From positions 8,895 through 72,894 of the forward strand of contig DASXSX010000064.1 in NCBI GenBank assembly GCA_036505815.1: DNA of 64,000 nt, given 5' to 3'. Below are positions 8,435 to 18,419 of this stretch, piece after piece. The position numbers were made by a program, and so were the translations under genes. This stretch comes from Thermoanaerobaculia bacterium (GTDB lineage Bacteria > Acidobacteriota > Thermoanaerobaculia > UBA5066 > Gp7-AA6). The notes below the pieces were generated by a model that did not search any database, was not told where the DNA came from, and saw nothing but the letters and a program-made list of their open reading frames with translations. The stretch's first letter is position 1; each line of letters begins with the position of its first letter.

Positions 8435-8525
8435 GGGTCAGGTCTTCACTGATCGCCGGGCTGACCAAATCGCCGCGGTGGTCTTGCCACTTCGCAACGC
8501 GAAGTGGCAAGTGGAGACCTGACCC
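8435..8525. repeat. Nested perfect inverted repeats (structured intergenic element)
   Basis: Outer arms gggtcaggtct (8435-8445) and agacctgaccc (8515-8525). Inner arms cttgccacttcgc (8483-8495) and gcgaagtggcaag (8499-8511) with a 3-nt loop. An alternative partner ctgacc sits at 8461-8466. Confidence 0.7.
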
Positions 8526-8591
8526 CGCTGCCCGAAATTTTGCGCCGATATACTTCCGCCGCAATCGAAAACGGATCTCCGGGAGGACAGC

Positions 8592-11500
8592 GTGAAGTCT
8601 TTGATGAAGGCCCTCTGTTTCGGGGCAGTGCTGTTGATCTGTCCGCTCGTTTCCGCCGCGGCGACGAAGAAAGCTCGACCGGCAAGCGGAGAGGAACGCA
8701 AGTCGTTCGCCGACCTTTTCCCCGGGCTGGAGTTCCGATGCATCGGCCCTTATCGGGGTGGCCGTTCAATCGCGGTCGCAGGCGTCCGGCGGCAGCCTCT
8801 GACCTACTACTTCGGCGGCACGGGCGGCGGCGCCTGGAAGACGACCGACGGCGGGTCGAACTGGGAGCCTGTCTCCGACAAGGTCTTCAAGACCGGATCG
8901 GTTGGCGCAATCGCGGTCTCCGAGTCGGATCCGAACGTCGTGTACGTCGGGACGGGAGAAGCTCACATTCGCGGCAACGTTTCTCACGGCGACGGCGTTT
9001 ACAAATCGACGGACGGCGGACGGAACTGGAAGAACGTCGGGCTCTCCGACACGCGGCAGATCGCGCGGATCCGCATCCACCCCCAGGATCCCGACGTCGT
9101 GTACGTCGCCGCTCAGGGGCACGTCTGGGGCCCGAATTCCGAACGCGGAATCTATCGCTCGAAAGACGGCGGCAAGACCTGGTCGAAGATCCTCTTCGTG
9201 GACGAGAGGACGGGTGCCTCCGACCTCGCGATGGACCCGAACAATCCGCGGATTCTCTACGCGGGCTTCTGGCAGGTCGTGCGCCGTCCGTGGGAGCTCG
9301 TCAGCGGCGGTCCCGGAAGCTCTCTCTGGCGTTCGATGGACGGGGGCGACCACTGGAAAAAGATTGCGCTTCCCGAGCACGAGGGACTTCCAGACGGTCT
9401 CTGGGGAAAGGTCGGCGTCGCGCCCTCCGGGGCGAAGCCGGGCCGCGTCTATGCGTCCATCGAGGCGGGGAAGGGCGGTCTCTTCGTCTCCAACGATTAC
9501 GGCGAGAAATGGAAGCACGTCAACGACGAGCACAAGATCCGTGAGCGCGCCTGGTACTACTCCTGGGTCTACGCGGATCCCAAGATCGCGGATACGGTCT
9601 ACCTGCCCAACGTGTACATGCACAAGTCGACCGACGGCGGCAGGAGTTTCTCGAACCTCAAGGTCCCGCATGGCGACAACCACGACCTGTGGATCGACCC
9701 GGACGACCCGAACCGCATGATTCTCGGCAACGACGGCGGAGCCGCGATCACGTTCAATGGCGGCCGCACCTGGTCGACGCAGAACAACCAGCCGACGGCT
9801 CAGTTCTACCGGGTCGCGACGGACGATCAATTTCCGTACTGGGTCTACGGCAGTCAGCAGGACAACTCGAACGTCGCGATCCCGAGCGGCGTCGCGGGCG
9901 AGGGAATCGACGTGACGGACTGGCATTCCGTCGGCGGCGGTGAGAGCGGCTGGATCGCGCCCGACCCGGTCGATCCTCAGATCGTCTATGCCGGCGAGTA
10001 CGGCGGGCAGATCACGCGATACGACCACCGCACGAAGCAGGCGAGAGAGATCATGGCCTGGCCGCAGCTCGCCGACGGCCATGCGACGAAGGACCTGAAG
10101 TACCGCTTTCAATGGAACGCCCCGATCCTGATCTCGCCGAACGACCCGAAAGTTCTGTACCACGCATCGCAGATCCTCCTGCGCAGCCGCAACGGCGGGG
10201 AGACGTGGGAAGAAATCTCGCCGGATTTGACGAAGAACGACCCGGCGAAGCAGGGAAAGTCCGGAGGGCCGATCACGACGGACGTGACGGGGGTCGAGGT
10301 CTACGACACGATTTTTGCGCTCGCCGAGTCGAAGCTCGAGCCCGGCGTGATCTGGGCGGGCACCGACGACGGACTCGTTCACGTCACGCGAGACAACGGC
10401 AAGTCCTGGAAGAACGTGACTCCCAGGGGCATGCCGGAGTGGATCCAGGTCAACGCGATCGACGCCTCGCCGCACGAGAAGGGCGCGGCGTACGTCGCTG
10501 CGACCCGGTACAAGTTCGACGACTTCCATCCCTACCTCTACAAGACGTCCGACTACGGAAACACCTGGGCACGGATCGACCGCGGAATCCCCGATAGCGC
10601 CTTCACGCGCGTCGTGCGGGAGGACCCGGCTCGACGAGGCCTTCTTTTCGCCGGAACCGAGACGGGTCTCTACCTCTCGAGCGACGACGGCGCTTCCTGG
10701 AATCCTTTCCAGAGGAACCTGCCGGTCGTGCCGATCACGGATCTGGCGATCAAGAACGACGACCTCGTCGTGGCGACGCAGGGACGATCCTTCTGGATCC
10801 TGGACGACTTGACGCCAATTCGGAAGTGGAGCGATTCCGTCGCCGGCGAGCCCGCGTACCTCTTTCCGCCGCGGCCGTCTGTGCGAATCCAGACTCGCAA
10901 ACCGGACGAGGAGGACCAGGAGCCGGGGAGCCCGGTCGGCAAGAACATCCCCAACGGTGTGATCGTCAACTACTGGCTGAAGGAAAAGCCGGGCAAGGTG
11001 GAGAAGGTCACCCTCGAGTTCCTCGCCGGCGACAAAATCATCCGGACCTTTTCGAACGAGAAGAAGGAGCCGGAGGGCGACTTGAAGGAGCAGGCGGCCC
11101 GCGAGGAGGAGGAGAAGGAGAGGGACAAGCCGCTCGAGCCCAAAGCGGGCATCAACCGGTTCGTCTGGGACATGCGGGTCTTCAAGCCGACACTCGTCCC
11201 GAAGGCGGTCTTCAATGAGGGCGAAAAAGCTCCCCCCAAGGTCGGGCCGGGCTCTTACAGCGTGCGGCTGACGGCGGGCGGGCGTTCGGTCACGGAGGCC
11301 TTCGAAGTGCGGCCGCACCCCGCTGGTTTTGCGAAGGCGGAAGACCTGAAAGCGCAGTACGAACTCCTTTCAGCGATCCGCGACCGCTTGTCGGAGACGC
11401 ACGCGACCGTGCTCGCGATCCGCGACCTGCGCGCGCAGATGAAGGACCTGGGCGAGCGGGCCGAACGGATGGGCAAAGGAGATGCCTTGAAGAAGCGCGC

Positions 11501-11819
11501 CGCGGCGATGGCCGACAAGCTCACGGCGGTGGAAGAGAAACTGATCAATCCCAACATCAAGGCGGACGAGGACGATCTGAACTACGAGCCAAAGCTCGAT
11601 CACGACCTCACGAATCTTGCCGGAATCGTTGCATCGGCCGATGCAAAGCCGACCGCGGGCTCGCTCGCGTATTACGACTTGTTGAAAAAGAGACTCGACG
11701 CGATCATCGGCGAGTATCGCGCCCTCGTCGACCGGGACGTCGCAGGGTTCAACCGCGCGGTGGACGACGCCCGGCTGCCCCGAACCGCCCCGGCGCCGAA
11801 GATCGAGAAGACGGAATGA
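8592..11819 (+). CDS. Secreted sortilin/VPS10-like BNR (Asp-box) repeat protein
   Basis: GTG start 4 nt after GGGAGGA, followed by a signal peptide. At least 10 Asp-box repeats S/TxDxGxxW, for example TTDGGSNW, STDGGRNW, SKDGGKTW, SMDGGDHW, SRNGGETW, TRDNGKSW, TSDYGNTW, SSDDGASW. Confidence 0.85.
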   Translation: MKSLMKALCFGAVLLICPLVSAAATKKARPASGEERKSFADLFPGLEFRCIGPYRGGRSIAVAGVRRQPLTYYFGGTGGGAWKTTDGGSNWEPVSDKVFKTGSVGAIAVSESDPNVVYVGTGEAHIRGNVSHGDGVYKSTDGGRNWKNVGLSDTRQIARIRIHPQDPDVVYVAAQGHVWGPNSERGIYRSKDGGKTWSKILFVDERTGASDLAMDPNNPRILYAGFWQVVRRPWELVSGGPGSSLWRSMDGGDHWKKIALPEHEGLPDGLWGKVGVAPSGAKPGRVYASIEAGKGGLFVSNDYGEKWKHVNDEHKIRERAWYYSWVYADPKIADTVYLPNVYMHKSTDGGRSFSNLKVPHGDNHDLWIDPDDPNRMILGNDGGAAITFNGGRTWSTQNNQPTAQFYRVATDDQFPYWVYGSQQDNSNVAIPSGVAGEGIDVTDWHSVGGGESGWIAPDPVDPQIVYAGEYGGQITRYDHRTKQAREIMAWPQLADGHATKDLKYRFQWNAPILISPNDPKVLYHASQILLRSRNGGETWEEISPDLTKNDPAKQGKSGGPITTDVTGVEVYDTIFALAESKLEPGVIWAGTDDGLVHVTRDNGKSWKNVTPRGMPEWIQVNAIDASPHEKGAAYVAATRYKFDDFHPYLYKTSDYGNTWARIDRGIPDSAFTRVVREDPARRGLLFAGTETGLYLSSDDGASWNPFQRNLPVVPITDLAIKNDDLVVATQGRSFWILDDLTPIRKWSDSVAGEPAYLFPPRPSVRIQTRKPDEEDQEPGSPVGKNIPNGVIVNYWLKEKPGKVEKVTLEFLAGDKIIRTFSNEKKEPEGDLKEQAAREEEEKERDKPLEPKAGINRFVWDMRVFKPTLVPKAVFNEGEKAPPKVGPGSYSVRLTAGGRSVTEAFEVRPHPAGFAKAEDLKAQYELLSAIRDRLSETHATVLAIRDLRAQMKDLGERAERMGKGDALKKRAAAMADKLTAVEEKLINPNIKADEDDLNYEPKLDHDLTNLAGIVASADAKPTAGSLAYYDLLKKRLDAIIGEYRALVDRDVAGFNRAVDDARLPRTAPAPKIEKTE

Positions 11820-11861
11820 CGGCGAGGATGCTCGATCGGACGGCGCGGGGGAAATGAGGAG

Positions 11862-11892
11862 ACGGGTGCAGGCCCGCAGGGCCTGTCCCCGT
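11862..11892. terminator. Hairpin between convergent genes (possible bidirectional terminator)
   Basis: acgggtgcaggccc-gca-gggcctgtccccgt gives 7 bp + 2-nt internal loop + 5 bp. It lies between the stops at 11817-11819 (+) and 11901-11903 (-). Confidence 0.45.
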
Positions 11893-11900
11893 GACAATTC

Positions 11901-13790
11901 TCAACCTAACGTCACGATCACCAGCGTCCGGTCGTCCTCGGGCGGCGCGCCTCCCGTGTGGGCTTCCGTCTCGCGAAGGATCGCGTCGCGGATGGCACCG
12001 GCGTCGGACAGGACCTCGCGGGCGAGGATCGCCTCGAGCCTCTCGAAACCGAATGGCTCGCCGGAGGGGCTCGTGCACTCGACGAGCCCGTCGGTCACGA
12101 GGACGACTTTGTCGCCCGATGTCAGCTGCCAGCCCTTCGTCGCGAAGGTCGAATTCTCCGAGATCCCGAGCGGGAAAGAGGGGAGAGACAGACTCGTCAC
12201 GCCGGTTCGCGAGACTCGATACGGGGCCAGCTGCCCGGCATTCGTGAGCTCGGCGCTTTTCGAGGCGGAGTCGAGCACCAGGAGTGCGAGGGTCATGTAG
12301 TTCCGGGAGTCGGTGGAACGGTGAATCAGGTCGTTCAGTCGCTTGAAGATCGCCGATCCCTGGAGCCCCGTCTCGATCAGGGTCGCCAGCGCGGCTTTCG
12401 CCATCGCGACGAGGAGTCCCGTCGGCAGCCCGTGTCCCGAGACGTCTCCGATCGCGATCGCGGTGCGCCCATCGGGCGTCGGGAGATAGTCGTAGTAGTC
12501 GCCCCCGATCTCCGCGACGGATTGCACGTGAGCGAGCACGCGGGCGCCGGCGAGCTCCGCGGAAGCGGGCGGAAGCAGCTTCTGCTGGATGGTGCGCGCC
12601 ACGGCGATCTCTCCCTCGAGACGCTCCTTGCGGGCGGTGTCGAGGAGGAGCCGCTGAATGGAGTCCGCCATCTGGTCGAACGAACGGGCGAGGTCGCCGA
12701 TCTGGTCGCGCGACTTCGTGTTGACGCGCACGGAGAAGTCTCCTCGCGCCATGGCTTCGGCGGCGCGGCTCATGCGGTTGACGTTGCGCGTGATGCTCGC
12801 CACGAGCCCGAACGCGAGCGCGAGGGCGATCAGGTAGACGAAGAGCAGCGCCGCGGCCAACCCGGCCATGACGGTCGTGACGATCCGGCTCGCGCCGGGA
12901 ACCCAGGTCGAGAAGATCTCGTTGTAGACGAAAAGGGGCGACGTTCGTCCGACCACGGCGACGATGCGCTCGGAAGCCGGCTCCGCGGACCCGAACACGG
13001 CGACTGGACGGGCCATGAAGACGCCGATGACGCTCTCGTGCCCGAGCCCCTGTCCCGGTTTCAGCCGCGCGCGGGGACGGACCATGGTGTCGAGAGACAC
13101 GTCCGGATCGGGATCGGCCTTCTTCTTTCCCGGGCCGATCTGAACCTGGTAGCCGCGGCCGCGGTGACCCTCTCGCGCGGGCTTCGCGATTACGGAGTAA
13201 CCGGTCCGGTCGGCCAGCTCCTGCAGCACCTCCTGGTTCTGGAGCGGGATGAGCAGGACGCGCCCGTTCCCGCCGGGCGTCCGGCCCGCGGCCAGCCAGA
13301 CCCGATTCTCGTCCAGGAGAAATTTCGGGTCGTCCTCGCGCGCCGCCCATGGCGCCGGCGCATCCTGGGGCAGCCAGTCGAGCGACGATCGAGCGATGCG
13401 GCCGTCCCGCACCTCGATCGCGCGCGCGCCCGGGGTCCGCTCGGTCGCTTCCTCCGCGATCGCCTGGAGCTCGCGCCGGAGCCGTGTGCCGACGAACTGG
13501 AAGGAGAGGAGGTAAGCGACCGAGAGGAGCAGCATCAGAAGGAGAGGGATCGGCACGATGCCGATCAGGAAGTACGAGAAGGCCAGCCGGAGCGTGAGAC
13601 GGCGGACCACGAGTCGGAACGCCGCGCGGACGGCGCGGAAGAGGAGGAGGCACCCGGCGATGACCGCGACGATCCAGGCGAGGACGCCGAGCACGCCCAG
13701 CCGGTTGGCGTCGCCGCCGTCGATCATGATCAGGACGCACGCGACCGCGAAGGCCGCGAGCCACTTCTTCGTCAATTTGGTCAGAGTCAC
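11901..13790 (-). CDS. Membrane-bound HAMP domain / SpoIIE (PP2C-type) protein phosphatase
   Basis: TM segments followed by a HAMP-like region (RNVNRMSRAAEAMARGDFSVRVNTKSRDQIGDLARSFDQMADSI). SpoIIE motifs GGDYYDY, IAIGDVSGHG, LVTDGLVE. Start uncertain: GTG 13790 chosen; the track ATG 13916 would overlap the divergent gene. Confidence 0.85.
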   Translation of the reverse strand: MTLTKLTKKWLAAFAVACVLIMIDGGDANRLGVLGVLAWIVAVIAGCLLLFRAVRAAFRLVVRRLTLRLAFSYFLIGIVPIPLLLMLLLSVAYLLSFQFVGTRLRRELQAIAEEATERTPGARAIEVRDGRIARSSLDWLPQDAPAPWAAREDDPKFLLDENRVWLAAGRTPGGNGRVLLIPLQNQEVLQELADRTGYSVIAKPAREGHRGRGYQVQIGPGKKKADPDPDVSLDTMVRPRARLKPGQGLGHESVIGVFMARPVAVFGSAEPASERIVAVVGRTSPLFVYNEIFSTWVPGASRIVTTVMAGLAAALLFVYLIALALAFGLVASITRNVNRMSRAAEAMARGDFSVRVNTKSRDQIGDLARSFDQMADSIQRLLLDTARKERLEGEIAVARTIQQKLLPPASAELAGARVLAHVQSVAEIGGDYYDYLPTPDGRTAIAIGDVSGHGLPTGLLVAMAKAALATLIETGLQGSAIFKRLNDLIHRSTDSRNYMTLALLVLDSASKSAELTNAGQLAPYRVSRTGVTSLSLPSFPLGISENSTFATKGWQLTSGDKVVLVTDGLVECTSPSGEPFGFERLEAILAREVLSDAGAIRDAILRETEAHTGGAPPEDDRTLVIVTLG

Positions 13791-13823
13791 CGCGGCGAAG
13801 GATAGCTGCAGGCGAGGCGCGGT

Positions 13824-13829
13824 TAGAAT
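13824..13829 (+). promoter_or_regulatory. Candidate -10 hexamer TAGAAT, 9 nt upstream of GTG 13839
   Basis: TAGAAT followed by agcgtcagg and then GTG. No clear SD. Confidence 0.3.
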
Positions 13830-13838
13830 AGCGTCAGG

Positions 13839-14348
13839 GTGAAGTTCTTCCGGCATACGGCGCTTCTCCTCCCTTCCGCTTTCCTCCTGGGCGTCCTCCT
13901 CTTTCTGTTGACCCACGGTCGCCAGGACGCCGGCTTCGCGAGCTATCCCTTCTTCGAGCAGTGGGGCGCGGCGGCGGCGACCCGCTCTACGCCGGAGTTC
14001 CGGTTCCTGGAGCAGTGCCTGGTCTTCTTCCTTCCGCTGTATCTCATCGCACTTCTTTTCGTCCTCTGCATCGCCATCGCGGAAACCGCGCTCTACGGCC
14101 CCCGGCGTCCGGTCGCGCGCTCCGCTTTCGATCGCGCCTTTCGGAAAGCCTTTCCGGCGCTCTACCTGGTGACCGTGGCGGCGCTCGTGATGGCGGGGGA
14201 CCGGCTCTCGCGGGCCTACGCCCCGGGCGCTCTCGTGACACCGGTCCTCGTGGCGCTCGCGCCGTTTCTCGGCGCCGGCGTTGCGATCGTTCCGGCCTCG
14301 CTGCTCGCCGCTCCGGCGGCGGTCGCGTCGCGGACGAGGGCGGCTTGA
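13839..14348 (+). CDS. Hypothetical integral membrane protein
   Basis: Four hydrophobic segments and GC-rich third codon positions. The stop overlaps the TTG start of guaA (TTGA). Confidence 0.55.
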   Translation: MKFFRHTALLLPSAFLLGVLLFLLTHGRQDAGFASYPFFEQWGAAAATRSTPEFRFLEQCLVFFLPLYLIALLFVLCIAIAETALYGPRRPVARSAFDRAFRKAFPALYLVTVAALVMAGDRLSRAYAPGALVTPVLVALAPFLGAGVAIVPASLLAAPAAVASRTRAA

Positions 14349-15886
14349 CCGCGCGCGGACGCTCGATCGTCGTCCTCGACTTCGGCGGTCAGTACGCGCA
14401 GCTGATCGCGCGGCGCGTCCGCGAGGCGCGCGTCTTCTCGGTCGTCCTCCCGCCCGACACGTCGGAAGAGGGGATCCGGCGGTGGGATCCGGCCGGCATC
14501 ATCCTGTCCGGAGGACCCCAGAGCGTCTACGACGAAGGCGCGCCGCTGCCGCGGACCGACCCGCGCGCGCTCGGCGTGCCCGTGTTGGGGCTCTGCTACG
14601 GAATGCAGTGGATGGCCCACGTGGGCGGGGGAGAGGTGACTCCCGCGAACGGCCGCGAGTACGGCCGGGCGGTCGCTCGGGTCGCGACCGATTCGGAGCT
14701 CTTCGCGGGTCTCGAGCCGGAGCAGACGGTCTGGATGAGCCACGGCGACTCCGTCGTCAAGCCGCCTCCCGGATACCGGGTCACCGGCTCGACCGCGTCG
14801 ACACCGATCGCGGCCTTCGAGGACCCTGAACGGCGTGTCTTCGGATTGCAGTTTCATCCCGAGGTCCGCCACACCGAGCACGGATCCGCGATCATCGAGA
14901 ACTTCCTCTTTCGCGCGTGCGGCGTGCGGCCGGACTGGACGATCACGTCGTTCCGGCACGACAAGGTCGAGGCGATCCGCCGCCAGGCCCCGACCGGCGC
15001 GGTCGTGTGCGCCCTCTCGGGAGGAGTGGACTCCGCCGTCACTGCGCTTCTCCTCCGGGAGGCGCTCGGCGACCGCGTCCATCCCATCCTCGTGGACCAC
15101 GGCCTCCTGCGGGCGCACGAAGCGCGGCAGGTCGAGGAGGCGTTCGGCCGCCTCGGCATCGCGATCCGCGCGGTGGATGCGTCGGATCTCTTCCTCTCCC
15201 GGCTGGAAGGGATCACCGATCCGGAGGAGAAACGCCGCATCATCGGCCGCACTTTCATCGAGATTTTCGAAAAAGAAGCGCGGGAGATTTCCGACGCGCG
15301 ATACCTCGCGCAGGGCACCCTCTATCCCGACGTCATCGAGTCCGTTTCGATCAAAGGGCCGTCGGCGGTCATCAAGACCCATCACAACGTCGGCGGGTTG
15401 CCCGAAAAGCTCGGGCTCGAGCTGATCGAGCCGGTGCGGGAGCTCTTCAAAGACGAGGTGCGGCGCCTGGGCGGAGAGCTCGGCCTTCCGCAGGAGTTCC
15501 TGTCGCGCCATCCCTTCCCCGGCCCCGGCCTCGCGGTGCGGATTCCCGGGGAAGTGACGCGGGAGAAAGTCGCGATCCTCCAGCGGGCGGACGAGATCGT
15601 TCTCGAAGAGATCCGAGCGGCCGGCCTCTACGATGCCATCTCTCAGGCGTTCGCGGTGCTCCTCCCGGTTCGGTCGGTGGGCGTGATGGGCGACAGCCGC
15701 ACCCACGACTTCGTCGTTGCGGTGCGCGCGGTCCAGACCACCGACTTCATGACCGCGGACTGGTTCCGGATGCCCCACGAAGTGCTGGACGAAATCGCGC
15801 GGCGGATCGTCGGAACCGTGCACGGCATCAACCGCGTCGTCTACGACGTCACGTCCAAGCCTCCCGCGACGATCGAGTGGGAGTGA
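14345..15886 (+). CDS. guaA: GMP synthase (glutamine-hydrolysing)
   Basis: [27 protein letters not shown] (GATase Cys), SGGVDSAV (ATP-PPase P-loop), C-terminal KPPATIEWE. Start at TTG 14345; the upstream 128 codons of the track ORF are R/G-rich and overlap the membrane-protein gene. Confidence 0.95.
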   Translation: MTARGRSIVVLDFGGQYAQLIARRVREARVFSVVLPPDTSEEGIRRWDPAGIILSGGPQSVYDEGAPLPRTDPRALGVPVLGLCYGMQWMAHVGGGEVTPANGREYGRAVARVATDSELFAGLEPEQTVWMSHGDSVVKPPPGYRVTGSTASTPIAAFEDPERRVFGLQFHPEVRHTEHGSAIIENFLFRACGVRPDWTITSFRHDKVEAIRRQAPTGAVVCALSGGVDSAVTALLLREALGDRVHPILVDHGLLRAHEARQVEEAFGRLGIAIRAVDASDLFLSRLEGITDPEEKRRIIGRTFIEIFEKEAREISDARYLAQGTLYPDVIESVSIKGPSAVIKTHHNVGGLPEKLGLELIEPVRELFKDEVRRLGGELGLPQEFLSRHPFPGPGLAVRIPGEVTREKVAILQRADEIVLEEIRAAGLYDAISQAFAVLLPVRSVGVMGDSRTHDFVVAVRAVQTTDFMTADWFRMPHEVLDEIARRIVGTVHGINRVVYDVTSKPPATIEWE

Positions 15887-15915
15887 AGCCGCCCGCGGGC
15901 GGCCGCGGCGGATCG

Positions 15916-17361
15916 ATGAACGGCCCGGCCGGGTTCCACATGACGTCCGAGGACTTCCGCCGGAACGGGCGCGCGGTCGTGGACTGGATCGCAGACTACA
16001 TGGAGAGGGTCGAGAGCTACCCGGTCCTCTCGAAGGTGCAACCGGGCGAGATCCGCGCCGCTCTGCCGCCCGCGCCGCCGCAGCGCGGGGAATCCTTCGA
16101 CGCCATCCTCGCGGACGTCGATCGGATCATCCTGCCGGGAATCACTCACTGGCAGTCACCCAGCTTCTTCGCGTACTTCCCGTCGAACAACTCGGGTCCG
16201 TCGATCCTGGGGGAGCTCCTCTCGGCGGGTCTCGGAGTCCAAGGCATGCTGTGGGCCACGAGCCCCGCCTGCACGGAGCTCGAGACCCACATGCTCGACT
16301 GGCTCGTCGGCATGCTCGGGCTGCCGGAGAGCTTTCGGTCGGACTCGATCGGCGGCGGCGTCATCCAGGACACGGCATCGAGCGCGACCCTGTGCGCGTT
16401 GCTCGCCGGGCGCGAGCGCGCCAGCGGCTTCCGTGCGAACGAGGGCGGCGGCGACGGGAAGCTCACGGCCTACGCGTCCATGGAGGCCCACTCCTCGGTG
16501 GAGAAGGCGGTGAAGATCGCGGGGATCGGGCGCGAAAACCTGAGGCTCGTCGAAGTGGACGAGAACTTCGAAATGCGCCCCGACGCGCTCGCCCGCGTGA
16601 TCTCGGAAGACCGCCGCGCCGGCAAGGTTCCATGCTTCGTCTGTGCGACGGTCGGGACGACGTCGTCTAACGCGATCGACCCGGTTCACGAGATCGGACG
16701 TATCTGCCGCGAGGAGGGGATCTGGCTCCACGTGGACGCGGCCATGTCGGGGACGGCGGCCCTCTGCCCCGAGTTCCGCTGGATCCAGGATGGGGTCGAG
16801 CTCGCCGACAGCTACTGCTTCAACCCGCACAAATGGATGTTCACGAACTTCGACTGCGACGCGTTCTGGGTGGCGGACCGCGCGGCGCTCATCCGGACGC
16901 TCTCCGTGCTGCCGGAGTACCTGCGCAATAAGGCAACCGAGTCTGGAGCGGTCTTCGATTACCGCGACTGGCACGTCCCGCTCGGACGCCGCTTCCGCGC
17001 GCTGAAGCTCTGGTTCGTGATCCGCCATTACGGCGTCGAGGGGCTCCAGCACCACGTCCGCCGCCACGTCGAGCTCGCCCGGAAGTTCCAGGCGTGGGTG
17101 GAGAAATCCGACCGGTTCGAGCTCGCGGCCCCCGTGCCCTTGAACCTCGTCTGTTTCCGGCACGTCGGCGGCGACGAGTTGAACCGGAATCTGCTCGAGA
17201 CTCTGAACGCGACCGGTCGGCTGTACCTGACGCACACATCGCTCGGCGGCAAATACACGCTGCGGATGTCGATCGGCCAGAGACAGACCGAAGAGCGCCA
17301 CGTCGCGGCGGCGTGGCAGGCGATTGAGGAGCTGGCGGTCGAGGTCGAGCCGACCGTTTAG
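15916..17361 (+). CDS. Aromatic-L-amino-acid decarboxylase family (group II PLP decarboxylase)
   Basis: HWQSPSFFAYFPSNNSGPSILGELL, HVDAAMSG, NPHKWMFTNFDC (PLP lysine). Start ATG 15916 inside track ORF 14917..17361. Confidence 0.9.
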   Translation: MNGPAGFHMTSEDFRRNGRAVVDWIADYMERVESYPVLSKVQPGEIRAALPPAPPQRGESFDAILADVDRIILPGITHWQSPSFFAYFPSNNSGPSILGELLSAGLGVQGMLWATSPACTELETHMLDWLVGMLGLPESFRSDSIGGGVIQDTASSATLCALLAGRERASGFRANEGGGDGKLTAYASMEAHSSVEKAVKIAGIGRENLRLVEVDENFEMRPDALARVISEDRRAGKVPCFVCATVGTTSSNAIDPVHEIGRICREEGIWLHVDAAMSGTAALCPEFRWIQDGVELADSYCFNPHKWMFTNFDCDAFWVADRAALIRTLSVLPEYLRNKATESGAVFDYRDWHVPLGRRFRALKLWFVIRHYGVEGLQHHVRRHVELARKFQAWVEKSDRFELAAPVPLNLVCFRHVGGDELNRNLLETLNATGRLYLTHTSLGGKYTLRMSIGQRQTEERHVAAAWQAIEELAVEVEPTV

Positions 17362-18419
17362 AGACACGCTGCGATCGCCGCGAGGCCTTCCCGCAGCGGC
17401 TCGGTCGCGCCGCCGAAGGAGATCCGGAAGTGCGACGGCGAGTCGAAGAACGACCCCGGTACGACGGCGACGCCCCGTTCGAGCAAAAGCCGCTCGACGA
17501 ACGAGCGGGAGTCGCGGCCGTCGGTGAAACGCGGGAACGCGATCGTCGCGTGCGACGGAGCGCACTCGAGCTCTTCTCTTCCTGCGAGAAACGACGCGAC
17601 GAGCGGCGCATTGGAGTCGACGATCCTTCTCGCGCGCTCCGCGAGTCGCTCGATGTTCCGGAAGGCGACAACCGAGAGCCGGTCAGCTGGCATCGGTCCC
17701 CACACGTCCACGGCGTCGCGCGCCCGGCGGATCGTCTCGGTGATTTCCGGCGACGCGAGTGCCCAACCGCACCGCAGCGAAGCGAGCCCGTAAGCCTTCG
17801 TCAGGCTGTTGGTGGAAACGAATGCGGGCGAGAGTGTCGCCGCGGGGGGATGCCCCGGCACGGCGAGATCGAGATAGACCTCGTCGACGAGAACTGTCAA
17901 CCTGTTCCGTTCCGCCAAGCGCCCGAGGGCGCGAAGATCGTCCTCGTCAGCCAGCACTCCGGAAGGGTTGTGCGGCGAGGACAGCATCACGATGCGCGTC
18001 GACGGCGTGAGCGCCCGGGCGATGCGGTCGGCGTCGACGCGCCAACCATCCTCGAACCGCCGCTCGAAACGCGCGACGCGAGCCCCGACCATCGCCGCGG
18101 CGGCCGCGAGCGGGTCGTAGCCCGGCTGCTCGAAGAGGACATCGTCACCGGACTCGACGAGCGCGGCGAGCGCGAGGAAGTTGGCGCCGGAACAACCGAC
18201 CGCGGTCGCGACGTTCGCGGACTGGACCCCATAGCGCGAGGCGATCGCTTCAACGAGCGGCGGATATCCGTTCGGACTCTCGCCGGCGAGGTCGACCGCC
18301 TCGCGAGCGCCCGGCAGATCGTCGAGGGTGCACGCCAGCAGATTCGACCCCGCGAGATCGATCGCCGGCTTCGGCCGGTTCTTCGCCCACTCCATGTAGG
18401 GCGAGCGAGCCCGGGTCAT
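17358..18419 (-). CDS. Class I/II PLP-dependent aminotransferase
   Basis: SSPHNPSG and NSLTKAYGLASLRCGW (PLP-lysine motif). ATG 18419 overlaps the permease stop (ATGA). The 3' end overlaps the convergent decarboxylase stop by 4 nt. Confidence 0.85.
   Translation of the reverse strand: MTRARSPYMEWAKNRPKPAIDLAGSNLLACTLDDLPGAREAVDLAGESPNGYPPLVEAIASRYGVQSANVATAVGCSGANFLALAALVESGDDVLFEQPGYDPLAAAAAMVGARVARFERRFEDGWRVDADRIARALTPSTRIVMLSSPHNPSGVLADEDDLRALGRLAERNRLTVLVDEVYLDLAVPGHPPAATLSPAFVSTNSLTKAYGLASLRCGWALASPEITETIRRARDAVDVWGPMPADRLSVVAFRNIERLAERARRIVDSNAPLVASFLAGREELECAPSHATIAFPRFTDGRDSRSFVERLLLERGVAVVPGSFFDSPSHFRISFGGATEPLREGLAAIAACL

Noticed and set aside
8497-8510. The 14-nt string acgcgaagtggcaa is shared between the 8.5 kb hairpin and 56652-56665, suggesting a dispersed repeat.
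   Set aside because: Exact matches of this length are expected by chance several times in 64 kb on both strands, especially at biased composition. The flanks do not match.
13961-14344. 128-codon N-terminal extension of guaA in the track ORF.
   Set aside because: The extension is R/G/A-rich and has no GATase similarity. It overlaps the better-supported membrane-protein frame. The GuaA similarity starts right after TTG 14345.
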